Source: a virus (lineage: Duplodnaviria > Caudoviricetes). Taken from it: DNA of 24,098 bases. The notes under the pieces were generated by a model. That model ran no database searches and had not been told where the DNA came from. It saw only the letters and a list, made by a program, of their open reading frames with translations. Made by a program: the position numbers and the translations under genes. The DNA is taken from IMG/VR virus record IMGVR_UViG_3300030328_001736, positions 1 to 24,098 of that record. One strand, 5' to 3'. Shown one piece after another: positions 20,089 to 24,098 of this stretch. Every line of letters starts with the position of its first letter. Positions within the stretch are counted from its first letter, which is position 1.

Positions 20089-22943
20089 TTCACGCTCTTT
20101 TCTCTAAAAATTATTTGTATATCGTTTATTTCAAAGTCAGTAGCTACATCAGAACCAGACATTCGCAATCCAAAACTCTTTACAGAGTTAAATGATTTTT
20201 TATCAATAAATTCTGTCTTTGCTTCTCTCATATTGATACGAAGTGTTTTAAATGAAGTTTCTGCACTGCCTTCCAATGTAGCTAAAATTTCTTCCTGGCC
20301 ATCTTCTCTATAGCCATATAAAGTAACTCCGTCACCGTTTTTATAGCTTAAATACACGCTTATAATCTTTTTATCGACACTTGGCTTGCCAAAAGTAAAT
20401 TCCTTCGTTTTAAGGGCCATTTCATCGATTGTAGAGGTATTCAGAAGCTTGTTAGGAGCACTATTGAAGTATCTAAACTTGTAATTATTAGAATCTTTAG
20501 ATATCCAACTTACTTTTCCATCATTTGTAACAATTAAATTTGTAGTATTTAAAGCTGGAATACGTTTACTGCCATAAGACCATGCTCCAGATTTTAAATC
20601 ATATAATAAAACTTTTTGTTTATCTGCTGAAGCTGAATTGCTTTGACCAGATGCATGAGTAATCATTAGCATTTTTTCTTCAGGTAAAAAACTTATAATA
20701 GCATTATCATTGTAATAATTAGTTTTCCAGTCTTTAAGGCGAGGTTCACCTTTTTGATCAAGCAATAATTCTTTAACATTTTTTCCGTTAGTAAGATAAA
20801 TTCCATTCTTATTGAACCATGCAATAAAACCTTCTCCCTTTATAGCGTGATGTTTATTTTCTATACCTCTAAACTCTAAAGTACGTTCTAAGTATTCTAT
20901 ATCCCTCGTAACGTTTATAACGTAAAGCGTTTTCTTTTTAAATTCATACAATCTTCCATTTAAAGACTCTAACTTAATAATATCTTCACCGTCATTTACC
21001 TCTACATCAATGCGATTGTCATATGTAAAATAGTCAAATTGATTTACTACTGACTTAAATACTGTATCATTAGAGTGTTTAATAGCACCAGTAATAGGGT
21101 CTTTATATGCTACGTTTCCAATAAATAGTCTTCTATTCAATAATGTAGATGTTTTATAATACGTTTTTTCTTGACCAAAAATATTTTCATCACGTTCAAT
21201 AGCAACTTCTGAAACTGGAGGTTTTTTAAAATAAGAATCTTTTCCAAACCAGATTCCACCCGATAAATTTGTATCAAGATTATAACTGTCAGTAGCTCCA
21301 ACCATTGAACTAGGCCAAAAATAAATATTATTATTTCCAATCAAGTTATTATGCCCAAATGAATCCCAATTATCCGAATTGCTAAATCGAATACCATTTC
21401 TATAGTCTATTTCAAATAATAAATACTTAGGAACTGTATCTAATGCAATTCCTTGCTCTATACTGCTTTCTTCAGCAATAGACTCTCTATAAAATACTTT
21501 AATTCCTTTTACTCTATCATTGTTAGATATTCTACCCCATATCTGTAAGAATAGTTTTTTATCTGCGGCTGCACTTTCCATTTCTCCTATATATTCTAAT
21601 TTAGACTCTTGATTATCTAAATAAGTTAATTGTTGATACAGATATAGCTTCGTATCGGCAGTATCAAACCACTTACCAGTGCCTGAATTTGCAGTTGTAT
21701 CTCCTGGATACATATAGAAATTTATTTTACCATAATTATCACTAGAATCAGGAATATTAGCTACAGGTAAACGCAATATTTTTCCTGTACTTGTATTATA
21801 GTTGAGATAGTTAATAGTTGCATTTGCTGCTAAAGTTGAATCTATTGCTGGAGAAACAGATAGTGTTGAAGTGTTGTTAGATTCGTCTATTGCACTTATT
21901 GTAAATGTTTTTACTGTATCATTTGTGTCTGTTATTTGAATTGTAGAACCTATTGAAAAATATCGTGACAAATCTGATGAAGAATATCCACCAACAGAAC
22001 TAGTAACTACAATATTAGTACCAGAATTGACCTGAGTAACTACATGGAAAGTAGAGTCGTCAGTTAGTGTTAATGAAGTTCCTCCAATTTTAGGCAATGT
22101 AGCTATACCTGAAGGTCTAGGTATATACTCAAAAGCGTCTAGTCGAGAATATAAGTAAGAATTTTGAGTTTTCCATCCTGATATACTTTTAATTAAGGCT
22201 CCAGCATAATTATTTCCTAAATTTTTTATCTCATTTATATATCCAAACCATTTAGGTCTCTCTGATGCCCCATCTTTTAATATACTTGTACCTTGAGGAA
22301 TTGAACTTAGTGGATTTGTGCTTAAATAACCTCGAACAACTGTTAAAGAGTTATTAAAAATATTCATACTATCTATGTACATTTTTTCAGTGTTTCCACT
22401 TACTGTAACAGATATAACTTCTCCAGTACTAAATGACATTAGTACAAAACCATTTACAATTATAGTGCTTGTTGTTGTGTCACTTATAGCCGTTACAACA
22501 TCAACTCCAGAATCTATAAAAGAATCTTGAGGGTCAGTTGGCGTAACTCTTACTACTCCATCCACCATATTTATTTCTAATTCTTGTGCGGTTGTTCCAT
22601 AATCAATAGTAGCATCTTGATTGGTAGCAGCTAAATCATAAACAGACAGCCGTGTATTTGCTCTATCATTAATTAATAATAGCTCTCTATTAGATAAAGA
22701 ACCGTCAAGAACACGCCTATCAGTATTCATGTGCCAAAGATCAGTTCCTTGCTGTATGTCGGTAGAGCTAGTTAAAGGTGTTATACCGTGTTCATAGCCA
22801 GCACCCATTACGCCTAGCTTGCCAGGAATATCAATAGCAAAAGTATCCAAAGATTGAAATTCAGTATCCGAAATATCTCTCGAATTTGTCTTGTCGTTCA
22901 ATCCTCCACTATAACTACTTAGATTTAGTATTGCTTTTGCCAC
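20085..22943 (-). CDS. Tail nozzle / DNA stabilisation protein (tail tubular B / P22 gp10-like beta-propeller)
   Basis: N-terminal YSGGLN...SRDI motif, propeller-like segments (RRLFIGNV, GEDIIKL...GRLYEFKKKTLYVI, FIAWFNKNGIYL) and C-terminal LKTKEFTFGKPSVDKKI. GTG start with AAGGGA SD; lies upstream of the ejection proteins. Confidence 0.7.
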   Translation of the reverse strand: MAKAILNLSSYSGGLNDKTNSRDISDTEFQSLDTFAIDIPGKLGVMGAGYEHGITPLTSSTDIQQGTDLWHMNTDRRVLDGSLSNRELLLINDRANTRLSVYDLAATNQDATIDYGTTAQELEINMVDGVVRVTPTDPQDSFIDSGVDVVTAISDTTTSTIIVNGFVLMSFSTGEVISVTVSGNTEKMYIDSMNIFNNSLTVVRGYLSTNPLSSIPQGTSILKDGASERPKWFGYINEIKNLGNNYAGALIKSISGWKTQNSYLYSRLDAFEYIPRPSGIATLPKIGGTSLTLTDDSTFHVVTQVNSGTNIVVTSSVGGYSSSDLSRYFSIGSTIQITDTNDTVKTFTISAIDESNNTSTLSVSPAIDSTLAANATINYLNYNTSTGKILRLPVANIPDSSDNYGKINFYMYPGDTTANSGTGKWFDTADTKLYLYQQLTYLDNQESKLEYIGEMESAAADKKLFLQIWGRISNNDRVKGIKVFYRESIAEESSIEQGIALDTVPKYLLFEIDYRNGIRFSNSDNWDSFGHNNLIGNNNIYFWPSSMVGATDSYNLDTNLSGGIWFGKDSYFKKPPVSEVAIERDENIFGQEKTYYKTSTLLNRRLFIGNVAYKDPITGAIKHSNDTVFKSVVNQFDYFTYDNRIDVEVNDGEDIIKLESLNGRLYEFKKKTLYVINVTRDIEYLERTLEFRGIENKHHAIKGEGFIAWFNKNGIYLTNGKNVKELLLDQKGEPRLKDWKTNYYNDNAIISFLPEEKMLMITHASGQSNSASADKQKVLLYDLKSGAWSYGSKRIPALNTTNLIVTNDGKVSWISKDSNNYKFRYFNSAPNKLLNTSTIDEMALKTKEFTFGKPSVDKKIISVYLSYKNGDGVTLYGYREDGQEEILATLEGSAETSFKTLRINMREAKTEFIDKKSFNSVKSFGLRMSGSDVATDFEINDIQIIFREKSVK

Positions 22944-23055
22944 CAGACTTCCCTTTTGTTTTTTTAGTCTTTGTATTTTTTAATCTTCTGATGTCATTAT
23001 CATCGACATCTTCTTTCCATTTTCCACCAATGCTAGTACTATAAACTGTTCCCAT
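22915..23055 (-). CDS. Small Lys-rich protein, 46 aa (MGTVYSTSIGGKWKEDVDDNDIRRL...KSK), not in the ORF track
   Basis: Fills the gap between the phosphoesterase and nozzle genes, overlapping both, with a G-rich SD upstream of ATG 23055. Confidence 0.5.
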   Translation of the reverse strand: MGTVYSTSIGGKWKEDVDDNDIRRLKNTKTKKTKGKSGGKSNTKSK

Positions 23056-23809
23056 CTATTATTTCCCCCCAAACACTAGTTTTACCGTCTATTATTTCTA
23101 CGGTTTCTACTTTAAATTCTCCATTGTCATACCAATCAACAATAGCAAATGCGTGACCCCAGTTATGTAATCTTCCTTTTAGCCACTTATTGCTTTCATG
23201 GGACATATCTTTCAAGCATCCCATAGACCAAGCTCCAATATTACTATTAAGCTTTGTCATAGTATGCCTTTGAATGTCATGTACGTGTCCATACATTACA
23301 TTCTCTCCATATGTCTCTAAATGCTTTTTTGCATGATACGTAGTTGCAAACGCACCATGAAAGAATACCAACTTACCTACTTGGATTGGTAAGTTGTATT
23401 CTGTGTATTCGTACCCTCTCTCTTTGATTTTACATGCTTTAAAAAAATTATAATCACTGAGATAAGGATACTTATTAGCAAAATTATCCAACCAGAGATC
23501 GTGGTTACCTTGGAGTAAATACTTTTCTTTACATCCGATTTCTTCCAAAATTTCATCCCACTCATCTAATCCTTCATTTACTAATCTTATATCTTCGTCT
23601 ACTATAGGAAGTTGAAACTCTAAAGGTGGTAACTTCTTATCTTTATACCTCCAAGCCGATACAGACTCCCACTCTCCGACATCACCTAAGTTTACAAAAA
23701 CTGTAGGTTTTATCTTGAGTATTGCCTTCTTAACACATTCAACAGCAGCTCTATCTTCTAAAGGATAATGCTGGTCTGGTATTACTACACCACGTTTTTT
23801 TAGTTTCAA
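23039..23809 (-). CDS. Calcineurin-like metallophosphoesterase
   Basis: All motifs present: IPDQH, NLGD, QGNHD, FFHG and YGHVH. TTG start with AGGAGG SD. Confidence 0.9.
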   Translation of the reverse strand: MKLKKRGVVIPDQHYPLEDRAAVECVKKAILKIKPTVFVNLGDVGEWESVSAWRYKDKKLPPLEFQLPIVDEDIRLVNEGLDEWDEILEEIGCKEKYLLQGNHDLWLDNFANKYPYLSDYNFFKACKIKERGYEYTEYNLPIQVGKLVFFHGAFATTYHAKKHLETYGENVMYGHVHDIQRHTMTKLNSNIGAWSMGCLKDMSHESNKWLKGRLHNWGHAFAIVDWYDNGEFKVETVEIIDGKTSVWGEIIDGNSL

Positions 23810-23832
23810 AGAAACCTCCTATTATTAATTAA

Positions 23833-23985
23833 CTATGCTAATGCTTTTTTAATCTCTGCAAAAAGCTTATCATCTAATTTATTTGAAGACTTAGTAACTA
23901 AGTGCTCTCCTAAATGTAATACAATAGCTTTTAGTAACTTTTCAGTTCCTAGTTTTGCAAGTAATTTACCTAATATCGGTCCCAT
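23833..23985 (-). CDS. Small amphipathic helical protein, 50 aa (MGPILGKLLAKLGTEKLLKAIVLHLGEHLVTKSSNKLDDKLFAEIKKALA), possibly membrane- or lysis-related
   Basis: AAAGGAG SD upstream of ATG 23985, periodic Leu/Lys pattern and an SxNxxDD motif. Confidence 0.7.
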   Translation of the reverse strand: MGPILGKLLAKLGTEKLLKAIVLHLGEHLVTKSSNKLDDKLFAEIKKALA

Positions 23986-23987
23986 TG

Positions 23988-24098
23988 TTACTCCTTTGTT
24001 GGTTCACATGATTCTTCGCACGCTTCTAGGCCTTTCATATATCCTTGATGCTCAATAATCATTTGTTTTATTTCGGCTAATCTTCCATTAGCACTTTC
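23988..24098 (-). CDS. 3' end of a hypothetical protein (...ESANGRLAEIKQMIIEHQGYMKGLEACEESCEPTKE), truncated by the window edge
   Basis: Open frame from the window end to TAA at 23990-23988; contains the SD of the next gene. Confidence 0.6.
   Translation of the reverse strand, partial: ESANGRLAEIKQMIIEHQGYMKGLEACEESCEPTKE

Noticed and set aside
17670-23565. ORFs 17670-17906 (+), 18515-18748 (+), 21137-21340 (-) and 23377-23565 (-)
   Set aside because: Shadow or out-of-frame ORFs overlapping well-supported genes.
1-24098. Stop-codon reassignment (TAG or TGA recoding)
   Set aside because: Coding density is nearly complete under the standard bacterial code, and TAA, TAG and TGA all end genes at coupled junctions.

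Overview
AT-rich fragment of a tailed dsDNA bacteriophage, probably with podovirus morphology, containing two convergent and tightly translationally coupled operons. The + strand (1-5939) carries small early genes (two paralogous Zn-ribbon proteins, a MazG-like all-alpha NTP-pyrophosphatase-type protein) and then a replication/recombination module. That module comprises a Rad52/Sak-like annealing protein, an SSB, a wHTH protein, an AEP primase/Cys-cluster/SF4 helicase fusion and an Hjc-like resolvase. The - strand (24098 to 6174) is a late/virion operon: small proteins, a metallophosphoesterase, a 952-aa tail nozzle/stabilisation protein, a cluster of probable ejection proteins including a lytic transglycosylase, and a 3664-aa giant protein. 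The main result is that the giant protein carries an ordered set of two-barrel (double-psi beta-barrel) RNA polymerase motifs (DG, K, SxxK, RNP, GGADYDGD, IGxxTN, NLxxDxxK) of the single-chain QDE-1/RdRP/crAss virion-RNAP type. These motifs sit between membrane-like and ejection-protein-like termini, so it is probably a virion-injected RNA polymerase. Strong Shine-Dalgarno use suggests the host is not a Bacteroidota. The gap between the operons (5940-6175) holds two large stem-loop structures, and a promoter/hairpin/direct-repeat element precedes the replication genes. All calls come from motif recognition by eye; no database search was run.
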